A stretch of DNA of 64,000 nucleotides from Candidatus Latescibacterota bacterium (GTDB lineage Bacteria; Latescibacterota; UBA2968). Below, one piece after another: positions 19,744 to 27,525 of the stretch. A model generated the notes under the pieces. The model was not told the DNA's origin. It did not search any database and saw only the letters and a program-made list of their open reading frames with translations. Both the position numbers and the translations under genes were made by a program. The DNA lies in assembly GCA_022823725.1 (NCBI GenBank), contig JAJEHL010000024.1, positions 53,767 through 117,766 on the forward strand, written 5' to 3'. How positions within the stretch are numbered: position 1 is the stretch's first letter; each line of letters begins with the position of its first letter.

Positions 19744-20976
19744 TCAATCATTTACACAGTCTTCCATGCGAATTTGATCGAGGCGTTGAACAACATCCCG
19801 GGGCTGGATTCGGGTTTTAAAAAAGAAAACATGCCCGGGCACATCCTCGAAATCTTCTTCCTCCACATTGAGATCACGAGAAACAGCGACGACGAGATCT
19901 TTGCGATTGGCGCGGCGGAGTTTGTCGAGTTTGCGTCTCAGATAATCGGGATGCCAAAAACCGACGATCTCGAGCAGAGCCGTGCGACCATCGGGATGGC
20001 GGAATATAAAATCGGGAATGAAGACCGTATTTTTGAGATTCACAATTTCGGTTTCGCGTTCGAGCTCCCAATCGGTCCTGGCTTTTTCAAAGCGCATAGC
20101 AAAAGTCTCTTCGAGGAGAGAATCGTACACCGTCTGATCTTTGTAATGCGAAATCAAATTGTGGTTATCATCCAGAACAAAATCGCCTTCGCGACCGTCT
20201 TTGAGTTTGACCTTGGCTTCCATTTTCCAGCGGGTACACAAGAGCAATGCAGGCAAAAAAACAGCCATCTGGATGCCGTATTTTTGCGAGAGGCGAAACA
20301 GGCTTATCGGTCCGTCAAGAACGATTTCGTATCCCGCATCCCGGTCGCCGCGAATGTCGTGTATCAAGCGATAAAATTTGATAAACTTGAAAAGCTGTTT
20401 ATAGCGCACGGGCAAGTTGCGATGCACCGAGAGTCGCATGCGGGTGCAGCGATAGAACATAGCCTGGGCAAGTGCGACATTGTAGCGATTGAGCAACCAC
20501 GCGGGATCGGGTGCGTCAAAGCGATCGAGATAGTGATTGAGTGGAAGGTCTGCGTAGAGACTATGCGCGATATTTTCCGACGAGGTCTGGTATTTGAGCG
20601 CGACCTGGTCGAGAATATGTTCGCGCGTGACGGGATAGAGGAGATCGGATTCGCGGACAATCGGATGATTCTCCCGGCTGAGGCCAAAAACCTGTGTGCG
20701 AATTTCCTCGGGTTCAACAATACTGTCAATGCGAAACTCACAGCGGTCGTCTTCGAGCAATTTCGTCAGACCGCGTTGAACGCGATAATCCGTTGCCTCG
20801 GCCGCGCGCAGGTCCAGCGCACTGTGTAATTCACCGCGCGACTTGCCCTGGTGATCGGTAAAGATATCGATAATTTCCTCTGCCAACGCGATGATATTGG
20901 GCGCTGTCGTATCCACATAGCGAGGCTCGATATAAGGCCCGCGACGGCGCACGAGCAAAAGGTCGGAAGTGAGCAT
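19744..20976 (-). CDS. DUF790 family endonuclease (Bax1-like)
   Basis: MLTSDLL N-terminus, YNVALAQA, LDGPISLF..SQKYG, IPDF...LEIVGFW PD-(D/E)xK-like core. Confidence 0.9.
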   Translation of the reverse strand: MLTSDLLLVRRRGPYIEPRYVDTTAPNIIALAEEIIDIFTDHQGKSRGELHSALDLRAAEATDYRVQRGLTKLLEDDRCEFRIDSIVEPEEIRTQVFGLSRENHPIVRESDLLYPVTREHILDQVALKYQTSSENIAHSLYADLPLNHYLDRFDAPDPAWLLNRYNVALAQAMFYRCTRMRLSVHRNLPVRYKQLFKFIKFYRLIHDIRGDRDAGYEIVLDGPISLFRLSQKYGIQMAVFLPALLLCTRWKMEAKVKLKDGREGDFVLDDNHNLISHYKDQTVYDSLLEETFAMRFEKARTDWELERETEIVNLKNTVFIPDFIFRHPDGRTALLEIVGFWHPDYLRRKLDKLRRANRKDLVVAVSRDLNVEEEDFEDVPGHVFFFKTRIQPRDVVQRLDQIRMEDCVND

Positions 20977-21011
20977 ATTTTAGATATATTCGACGAGTTC
21001 TGAATCGAGCG

Positions 21012-21284
21012 TCACGATTGCTTCTTCAGATTGAGTACAACAGAGGTCGAACCCCAGTTGTGATCAGTGAGATGATATGCGATGACATCGGGTCGGCGTT
21101 TTAAGATGGTGTGAACGATTTCGCGCAGAACACCTGCGCCCTTGCCGTGAATAATACGCACATCGGAAATACCGCGCAGTTTGCATTCATCGAGATAATC
21201 GGGCACGAGAGCCTTGACATCATCTGGATGAAAGTGGTGCAGATCGAGTTCGCCATCAATTGGAAGTTCGACGGGTTCGGGCAT
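21012..21284 (-). CDS. Stand-alone Smr/MutS2 C-terminal domain nuclease
   Basis: LDLHHF, IIHGKGAGVLR, NWGST. Confidence 0.9.
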   Translation of the reverse strand: MPEPVELPIDGELDLHHFHPDDVKALVPDYLDECKLRGISDVRIIHGKGAGVLREIVHTILKRRPDVIAYHLTDHNWGSTSVVLNLKKQS

Positions 21285-21294
21285 ATACCCTCTC

Positions 21295-22149
21295 TTATCC
21301 CAGATTGTAGGCGTGTGCATCGTCCAGGTCGAGCAGGTCAAACCATGTGGTGATATCGGTGCGATCGGGGGCCACGCGCTTGAGCGTTATGTTGAAAATT
21401 GCGCGTTGCTCGTCATTCTCGGGACCCTTCTGAGAGAGCGCCTCATTTAGACCCGAGATTTCATCCTGAGTGCGATCCGTGTGTTCGAGCACCCAATCCC
21501 CGAGTTCGATATCGTTGACATTGTGATAAGCCGCATCCTGAAAATCGTCGGCGGATATATTGAGAAAATCGAGAATGACCTTGTCAATGGGGCAATCGTA
21601 GATATAATCGTTGAGTTTGTCCGCCTTTGCCGCGCGTGCTTTATCGCCCATGCGCGATCCGCCGTAAATACCAGCAACATCGCTGTTATACGGCGAGCGC
21701 GGTGGCCGCTGGTTCAGATCGGTATCCCGGTAACACCCCCAGTCGTCGAGTTCCATAGATTGGAGCATCGTTTTTACTTTATCTGGGTCGGCATTGAACT
21801 TTTCAAGGCGATCTTCTAAGCGCTGGCGACTCGCCTCATCAAAGGGCTCCCATGTGAGAAGCTCGTTATTGTACGCCTGAATCTCCTCTTCGGTCTTAGG
21901 ATACGTCTCACGCAGCCAATCGCACAATTCCGCGTCGTCCATACGCTGAGCCGCATCGGCAAAGTCATCATGCGAGACGCCGAGAAAATCGAGTACTATT
22001 TTATCCAACCCCGAGTTCTCGCCATAGAGGTGTTCGCCAATCGTATTTGCCCGGTGCGCCCGCGCTTTATCGGTCAAACGCGCAAGTGAAACAATACCGA
22101 GCATTGAAGTATTGGTCGGCCGGCGAGGGGGTTGTTTCGTCATATCCAT
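21295..22149 (-). CDS. Tandem DUF5069 domain protein
   Basis: Two homologous halves (PPRRP..LARLTDKARA / PPRSP..SRMGDKARA; LDKIVLDFLG / IDKVILDFLN), C-terminal TWFDLLDLDD. Confidence 0.75.
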   Translation of the reverse strand: MDMTKQPPRRPTNTSMLGIVSLARLTDKARAHRANTIGEHLYGENSGLDKIVLDFLGVSHDDFADAAQRMDDAELCDWLRETYPKTEEEIQAYNNELLTWEPFDEASRQRLEDRLEKFNADPDKVKTMLQSMELDDWGCYRDTDLNQRPPRSPYNSDVAGIYGGSRMGDKARAAKADKLNDYIYDCPIDKVILDFLNISADDFQDAAYHNVNDIELGDWVLEHTDRTQDEISGLNEALSQKGPENDEQRAIFNITLKRVAPDRTDITTWFDLLDLDDAHAYNLG

Positions 22150-22227
22150 GGTATGCCTTTCTATTTCTTGTTTTGGGTTATATCAGCTAAAAGTTGCTGA
22201 AGATGTGGTTTGGCTTTGGGCCTATCT

Positions 22228-22515
22228 TCATAACACTATCATTTCTTTCAGAACTGCGTCTCGAATTTCCTCCCGAAGTGACTCTTTGGGGACAACATCT
22301 ACCTTGCGATGAAGCTTAGTCTCCAAAAAATCTCCGACCCTGATCAGATCAAATAGACTTGCCTCATCGTCAAAATCTATCAAGACATCTATATCACTCG
22401 TATTTCGCTGTTCATCCCGCGCAAAAGATCCAAATAAGCCAATTTCTCGCACTTTGTGTTGCAAAAGATCGGGTTTCAATGCCTTTAGTGTGTTCACTAT
22501 TTCCGTTTTGTCCAT
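22228..22515 (-). CDS. Minimal nucleotidyltransferase (MNT/MntA-like antitoxin), HEPN partner absent
   Basis: GLFGSFARDE..SDIDVLIDF. No HEPN ORF follows. Confidence 0.88.
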   Translation of the reverse strand: MDKTEIVNTLKALKPDLLQHKVREIGLFGSFARDEQRNTSDIDVLIDFDDEASLFDLIRVGDFLETKLHRKVDVVPKESLREEIRDAVLKEMIVL

Positions 22516-22561
22516 TGTCAGACCCATTTTATAATGTTGCCATATACGGACTCAATAATCC

Positions 22562-22660
22562 TCAGAAACAAAAAGTGTAGCAACAACGCCATTTTGTCAA
22601 CCGCATTTCAGTTTGACCAGTGTATAACCACGCCGCAACATGGGTATCAAAGTAGATCAA
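22562..22660 (-). pseudogene. Truncated PIN-domain (VapC-like) toxin remnant
   Basis: Manual translation (L)IYFDTHVAAWLYTGQTE is a typical PIN N-terminus overlapping the antitoxin end. Similarity stops at the 22566-22610 repeat. Confidence 0.7.
22566..22610 (-). repeat. ~45-bp leader repeat, copy 1 (contains TTGACA)
   Basis: aaacaaaaagtgtagcaacaacgccattttgtcaaccgcatttca, similar to 23852-23898. Confidence 0.8.
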
Positions 22661-22883
22661 TATTCACCGCCTTGTCCCAGGTTATATAAACCAGATCCTC
22701 GGGATCGCCTTTAATCACATGCTCCCTTTTTCGCAAGTTCTGAAGTTTGTCTATGTTTTCGATCAGCGCGATAATGAGTTTGCGATCTCCTTTATTGATT
22801 TTGACAGGCACACCCGTATTCAAGATATCATCCAATATCTGGTAGATATTCCCCCGCAATTCGGTTGGCGTAATTGTTTTTAT
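22647..22883 (-). CDS. Phd/YefM family antitoxin (apparent ATA start)
   Basis: (I)KTITPTELRGNIYQILDDILNTGVPVKI. In-frame ATA sits 6 nt after AGGAG, with an in-frame stop two codons upstream. Confidence 0.7.
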   Translation of the reverse strand: MKTITPTELRGNIYQILDDILNTGVPVKINKGDRKLIIALIENIDKLQNLRKREHVIKGDPEDLVYITWDKAVNIDLL

Positions 22884-22942
22884 GTCTCACTCCTGGGCAA
22901 ATAGACCATTTCACGACAGACTGTGCAAGTCAAAGTAACCAA

Positions 22943-22977
22943 AAAAGCGTACGTCTCAATTTATTACGTACGCTTTT
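22943..22977. terminator. Perfect 12-bp inverted repeat (terminator-like)
   Basis: AAAAGCGTACGT-N11-ACGTACGCTTTT. Confidence 0.65.
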
Positions 22978-23054
22978 GCCCTATTGCTCGGTTGCCCCGC
23001 ATTTCAAAACATTTTTCGTCGCATGCCAGAGGTTGAGATGTAGCTCACAGCGAA

Positions 23055-23282
23055 TTATGCAAATGCGGCGACCGCTATGGTGCGTTTGGTCGCAATGCCT
23101 TCTCGCTCGCGCTTAATGCGATCAACTTCATGCAGGGTTTGTGCTGTCAAATAGCTCTCGCCACAATGGGGACAACTCATCACAGGCACACCTTCGATAA
23201 CAAGAAGAGATGCGCCTTTTCCATAACTACGTGAAACGTAACGCTGACGCACCCCCGATTTCCCACATATATCGCATACCAT
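23055..23282 (-). CDS. YgiT-type zinc finger (MqsA-like antitoxin)
   Basis: CDIC...VIEGVP..SCPHCGESY, AAGGAG RBS. Confidence 0.88.
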   Translation of the reverse strand: MVCDICGKSGVRQRYVSRSYGKGASLLVIEGVPVMSCPHCGESYLTAQTLHEVDRIKREREGIATKRTIAVAAFA

Positions 23283-23301
23283 GGCTTGACTCCTTGTTGT
23301 T

Positions 23302-23583
23302 TTACTCGACATAAATAGTAATGATAACCAATTTTCCAGTTAAACTCAGCTTGGTCACAATAATGACGACATCTGAACCAGATGTTCGGCCTTCTACGAG
23401 ATATTTCCACTCTCCTGTCCGATAGTCTTTCTGTCTCTCGACTATTTCCCCAGTGAGCATAACATGTTCTACGTCAAAAATGGTTAGTCCGTCATCATCC
23501 ATTTCCTCCTCGGCATGGATTGACATCACATACTCAAGCGTCCGAACTTTTTGTTGAATTCGTCTCAGAATCCGATCAAACAT
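23302..23583 (-). CDS. DUF4258 family putative toxin
   Basis: MSIHAEEEM..DGL..DVE..LTGEIVE, IITIY C-terminus, usual partner of a YgiT finger. Confidence 0.85.
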   Translation of the reverse strand: MFDRILRRIQQKVRTLEYVMSIHAEEEMDDDGLTIFDVEHVMLTGEIVERQKDYRTGEWKYLVEGRTSGSDVVIIVTKLSLTGKLVIITIYVE

Positions 23584-23607
23584 AGGCGATCATCTCGAAG
23601 GTATTTC

Positions 23608-23802
23608 TTAACTCCGCTCATAAGCCAGAGCTTGATCGATATCTTCTCGTTCCAGATAAGGATAGGCTTTCAGAATTTCCTCATGTGACCGACCGGCTGC
23701 CAAAAGTCCCACAACAGTACCAACCGTCACCCGCAGCCCTCGGATACAAGCCTTGCCGCCCATGACCGCGGGATCGAACGTAATTCGTGACAATTTTTCC
23801 AC
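23608..23802 (-). CDS. DUF433 family antitoxin (C-terminally clipped, DUF5615 toxin absent)
   Basis: RITFDPAVMGGKACIRGLRVTV, YPYLEREDI.QALAY, then an abrupt stop. Confidence 0.85.
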   Translation of the reverse strand: MEKLSRITFDPAVMGGKACIRGLRVTVGTVVGLLAAGRSHEEILKAYPYLEREDIDQALAYERS

Positions 23803-23851
23803 GCGCTATCTCCCATCATATCCGTATTATCGGGTATAAAAACGATTCATC

Positions 23852-23898
23852 AAACATAAAAAATGTGGCAACAACGCGATATTGTCAACAGCATTTCA
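23852..23898 (-). repeat. ~45-bp leader repeat, copy 2 (contains TTGACA)
   Basis: aaacataaaaaatgtggcaacaacgcgatattgtcaacagcatttca. Confidence 0.8.
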
Positions 23899-23921
23899 AA
23901 ATATATCACGGCAGGTTGGAC

Positions 23922-23950
23922 TTGATCCATACGTCATTTTGACGTATAAT
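23922..23950 (+). promoter_or_regulatory. Sigma-70 promoter with palindromic operator for the higBA-like operon
   Basis: TTGATC-N17-TATAAT. Operator ATACGTCA-TTT-TGACGTAT (23929-23947). ATG 6 nt after the -10 box. Confidence 0.8.
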
Positions 23951-23956
23951 TTAAAA

Positions 23957-24232
23957 ATGGAAAGAGTTCTATTTGATAAGGTCAGAAAAAATCTGAATCG
24001 GCTGCCCATTCATATTGTAAGAAACCTTCAACGATGGGCACTGCAAGTAGAATCTCTGGGTATTCAGGAAGTTAGAAAGATACCGGGATATCATGATGAA
24101 CCTCTTCGAGGTGGTCGAAGCGGACAACGATCCATCAGGTTATCGAAATCCTATCGCGCCTTCTATACTGAAATAAAAGGTGATAAGGTTAATTTGATTC
24201 AAGTTGAGGAGGTCAATAAACATGATTACTAA
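23957..24232 (+). CDS. HigB/RelE-like mRNA interferase toxin
   Basis: PGYHDEPLRG.RSGQRSIRLSKSYRAFY, EEVNKHDY. Confidence 0.85.
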   Translation: MERVLFDKVRKNLNRLPIHIVRNLQRWALQVESLGIQEVRKIPGYHDEPLRGGRSGQRSIRLSKSYRAFYTEIKGDKVNLIQVEEVNKHDY

Positions 24233-24524
24233 AAGACAATATGGAACTTCTGAGATGGAGAGAGACTTTGGACGGTTGACATTTGGAAATGCTCTGGCGA
24301 GCTATCGAATGGGTGAAGAAAAATGCCAGAGAGCGTTTGCTGATTTTTTGGGGATTTCGCCTCAAAGCCTTTGTGATATAGAAAAAGAAAGAAGGATCCC
24401 AAGTCCCAGCAGGGCTGCCAAAATTGCCAGACAGCTCGGCGAGCCAGAGAGCTTCTGGGTTCAGCTTGCACTACAAGACATGCTTCGAAAAGAAAATCTG
24501 AACCTTGTTGTTTCCATCGCTTGA
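24222..24524 (+). CDS. HigA-like XRE helix-turn-helix antitoxin
   Basis: QRAFADFLGISPQSLCDIEKERRIPS..AAKIARQLG..FWV, overlaps the toxin gene. Confidence 0.85.
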   Translation: MITKRQYGTSEMERDFGRLTFGNALASYRMGEEKCQRAFADFLGISPQSLCDIEKERRIPSPSRAAKIARQLGEPESFWVQLALQDMLRKENLNLVVSIA

Positions 24525-24591
24525 TCGGCTCAAATTGAACTGATTCCCCACAGCACGCGATAAGTTTTTTACAACTGCGATAGCAATTTAC

Positions 24592-24623
24592 AAAAAAGCC
24601 CGATTCCGAGAAGGAACCGGGCT
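24592..24623. terminator. Terminator hairpin between convergent genes
   Basis: AAAAAAGCCCGATTCC-GAGAA-GGAACCGGGCT. Confidence 0.65.
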
Positions 24624-24638
24624 ATCTTTGTTTTTTAC

Positions 24639-25256
24639 TCAAGATAACTTAATCGCGATGAGGTGCGACTTTTGCAGGGGCAGGATACAGGTCAGATAAT
24701 CGGGCGCCTCATCCAGGCGGCTCTTAAAGGCGGCCCAATCCGGATCCATGTACCATTGTTCGACCGCAGACCAGCCATCGACAAAGATGAAAGCTCCTGG
24801 TGCCAGACGGCTTTCCAGCATATCGAACATCTGCGCGAAAGCGTGCAGGCCAAAATCGACAAAAACGAAATCCACGCACTCGGGAAGAGCTTCAATAAAA
24901 ACATCACCGGTGCTGGTGTGACACGCCACCAGATGGTCCAGACCAGCGGCTCGCAAATTGCCTTGAGCCGCAGCGATTTTCTCAGGCATCTGATCCAGCG
25001 TAAAAACGCGGCCTCCTGTGTGCTGCGCCGCAGCAGCCAGATGCAAAGTGGAATAGCCGTGCGACGTGCCAAATTCGACCAGCGTCCTCGCCCGTTGGTG
25101 AACCGCGGTGAGACACAGATACTGTGCCACCTCTGGGCTGGCGGCCTTGAGGCGCAGCGGATCGGTAGAACCGGCTCGGCGCTCCTCCTGGTCTCGGCTG
25201 TGCAAATGGGCGACAAGTACTCGTTGAGCTGGCGTAAAGAGATCTTCGATATGCAC
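24639..25256 (-). CDS. Class I SAM-dependent O-methyltransferase
   Basis: VEFGTSHGYSTLHLA motif I, DFVFVD. Confidence 0.85.
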   Translation of the reverse strand: MHIEDLFTPAQRVLVAHLHSRDQEERRAGSTDPLRLKAASPEVAQYLCLTAVHQRARTLVEFGTSHGYSTLHLAAAAQHTGGRVFTLDQMPEKIAAAQGNLRAAGLDHLVACHTSTGDVFIEALPECVDFVFVDFGLHAFAQMFDMLESRLAPGAFIFVDGWSAVEQWYMDPDWAAFKSRLDEAPDYLTCILPLQKSHLIAIKLS

Positions 25257-25267
25257 AGAGTCCCCTT

Positions 25268-26668
25268 TCAAAACATTTCTCTCTGCTTCCCATCGTACGC
25301 ATCGTGTTGCCTGCGGCGGCGGGAAATGCGGTCTTCGACCGTATTGCGGGAGATCACTTCGTAGAGAATGGCGTGTTTGCCTTCGCGACGGCGCAAAATG
25401 CGCCCCAGTCGCTGGACGTGTTCGCGAATAGTACTCGTCCCCGAAAGCACAACTGCGACATTGGCCTCGGGTACATTGACCCCTTCGTTGAGCACGCGAG
25501 AAGTGACAAGTGCGAGAATGTCCCCCTCATTAAAAGCTTTGAGGATTTCCCGGCGCTCCTTTGTGCGGGTCTGGTGCGTAATGGCAGGAATGAGAAATTG
25601 CTCTGAAATATTATAAACAGTTTCGTTATCATTGGTAAAAATAAGCATGCGGTCGCGCGGATGTTTTTTTAGCAAATCTTCCAGCACGCGCAACTTAGCG
25701 GTTGTACCCAGAGCGACTTTGCGATAGCGGCGATAGGCGAGCATCGCCCTTCGGCCATCGCTGGAGCGAGCCGAAAGACGCACAAAATTTTGCCATCCAG
25801 AAGCACTGCCCAAACGCAGATTCTTGGACTCCAGAAAAGCACTGAATTGCGAACGCGCGGTTTCGTATTCAGCGCGCTCTTCAGCCACCATATCGACTTC
25901 GATGCGCTCTGTATTGTACTCGGAGAGATAATCGCCAGACAGGTCGCGGATACCCTTTTCATAAACGGTTGGTCCCACGAGATCGCGCAACATAAGATGG
26001 CGACCATCGGGACGTTCGAGCGTGGCTGTAAGCCCCAGGCGATAAGGCGCAATAGAAAGTTCCGCACCGTGAGAATAGGACTCGCCGGGCAAGTGATGAA
26101 CCTCGTCAAAAACGAGAAAACCAAAACGATTGCCATAGCGGTCCATGTGCATATACGCACTGTCGTAAGTCGTTACAGTGAGATCTTCAAGCTCGTGATA
26201 CCCCCCACCCAGGATGCCGATATCACAGGAAAAAGCGTCTTTGAGCAAATCATACCACTGATTCATAAGATCAATCGTAGGCGCGACAACAAGCGTACTG
26301 CGACCAACTTCCGCAATCCCCATCAGCGCCAGAAGCGACTTACCCGATCCCGTGGGCAGAACAACCACACCGCGATATTGATTTGATTGCCAGGCGTCAA
26401 AGGCTTCAGCCTGATGCGGGTGTGGGGTGTGCTCGCGGTTGAAATCGAGTTTGAGGCGGTTGTAGCGCGGGACCACATTTTTTATTCCAACATCCCCAGC
26501 CTGTAATGCCTCGACAACATCGCGATACCGGTGCGCCTGAGCACGCCAGCGTCCCACGCGGCTATCCCATATAAATGGAGATGGCGGCTCATAGTCCGCT
26601 GGCGGATCCAGAAGAACGAGCGTGCCATCGTCGAACGCAAGGCGCATGTCGGGAGATGGGGATGGCAA
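25268..26668 (-). CDS. XPB/Rad25-like SF2 DNA helicase
   Basis: LPTGSGKS, FDEVHHL, LGLTATLER.DG, LNEGVNVP, QRLGRILR. Confidence 0.92.
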   Translation of the reverse strand: MPSPSPDMRLAFDDGTLVLLDPPADYEPPSPFIWDSRVGRWRAQAHRYRDVVEALQAGDVGIKNVVPRYNRLKLDFNREHTPHPHQAEAFDAWQSNQYRGVVVLPTGSGKSLLALMGIAEVGRSTLVVAPTIDLMNQWYDLLKDAFSCDIGILGGGYHELEDLTVTTYDSAYMHMDRYGNRFGFLVFDEVHHLPGESYSHGAELSIAPYRLGLTATLERPDGRHLMLRDLVGPTVYEKGIRDLSGDYLSEYNTERIEVDMVAEERAEYETARSQFSAFLESKNLRLGSASGWQNFVRLSARSSDGRRAMLAYRRYRKVALGTTAKLRVLEDLLKKHPRDRMLIFTNDNETVYNISEQFLIPAITHQTRTKERREILKAFNEGDILALVTSRVLNEGVNVPEANVAVVLSGTSTIREHVQRLGRILRRREGKHAILYEVISRNTVEDRISRRRRQHDAYDGKQREMF

Positions 26669-26760
26669 TATGAATACCTCGAAGAATGGAGTATAGATTT
26701 CTCACACAAAGACACAAAGGGGCTGGAGGTGGGAACCTGTCTCCTGCCCCTCATCTTTAA

Positions 26761-27390
26761 CTAAGGTCTCGCCAACCGAATGGCGTGATCGGCGGCGGTG
26801 AGATAGGGAAACGATTGATCGAGAAAGGCTTTGAGCAAGGTGTCTGCGTTCAGGTCTGATGTATCGATCTGAAATTTTTGTTTAAAAAAGGATTTGCGAA
26901 ATTCTTCTTGAAATGCCTCCTGGACTTCTTCGATATCCGATTCGGGTACAAGGGGAAAATCGTGTGGATCGTCTTTCATGCGCTGTTTGATAACCTCGGG
27001 ACTGGCTGTGAGATGCACCAGAATGATATCTTTGGGCATGTCTTTTTCCCATGCCTGGGGATTTTCGACCGGGCGCGCCAGATCGGGATAGTAATAGCGT
27101 TGGCCGTACACCATTTCCTCAATGTGGAAACCCGTGAGCAAGACGTGCTGGTAGTTGTGAACCAGGCGTACGTGATAGGCGATCTGAAACCGCTGAAAAC
27201 GCTCTTTGATGGGCGATGGCAACTCGGCCATGGCATTTTGATCTGCGGGATTCGTAAGGGTTTGCTGGTCGGGAACGGAAAAGTGATCGTCCATGTGATG
27301 GCGAATACCGCGCTCCATGCCCCATTTTTGAATAGCTTGAACCAGCGTGGTTTTACCCGTGTATTCTGTACCAATTGCAATGACGCGCAT
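26761..27390 (-). CDS. P-loop nucleoside/nucleotide-kinase-like protein
   Basis: N-terminal GTEYTGKTT Walker A, NMP-kinase-type LVHLTASPEVIKQR. Confidence 0.6.
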   Translation of the reverse strand: MRVIAIGTEYTGKTTLVQAIQKWGMERGIRHHMDDHFSVPDQQTLTNPADQNAMAELPSPIKERFQRFQIAYHVRLVHNYQHVLLTGFHIEEMVYGQRYYYPDLARPVENPQAWEKDMPKDIILVHLTASPEVIKQRMKDDPHDFPLVPESDIEEVQEAFQEEFRKSFFKQKFQIDTSDLNADTLLKAFLDQSFPYLTAADHAIRLARP

Positions 27391-27525
27391 GTGAAGCTCC
27401 TTATTGAAAAGTCGGTTTAGATAGACTATATTTAGTTTCGGGACGGTTCATGTTATTAATTTGTAAAACTTAAAGCAAAGCAAAAAAAGACGCAGACTTA
27501 TCGAATCTATCGTAAAAGGCACACC

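Noticed and set aside
19735-20829. 364-aa plus-strand ORF
   Set aside because: It is the antisense shadow of the DUF790 gene, with no recognisable motifs.
22200-24600. Classical integron cassette array
   Set aside because: There is no intI, and I could not fold complete attC sites with paired R''/R' boxes. Only a GTTAAG after DUF433 is suggestive. Reported instead as a non-classical cassette stack.
27417-27512. TetR operator (TAGAC...GTCTA-like)
   Set aside because: Only degenerate half-sites are visible, with no convincing palindrome.
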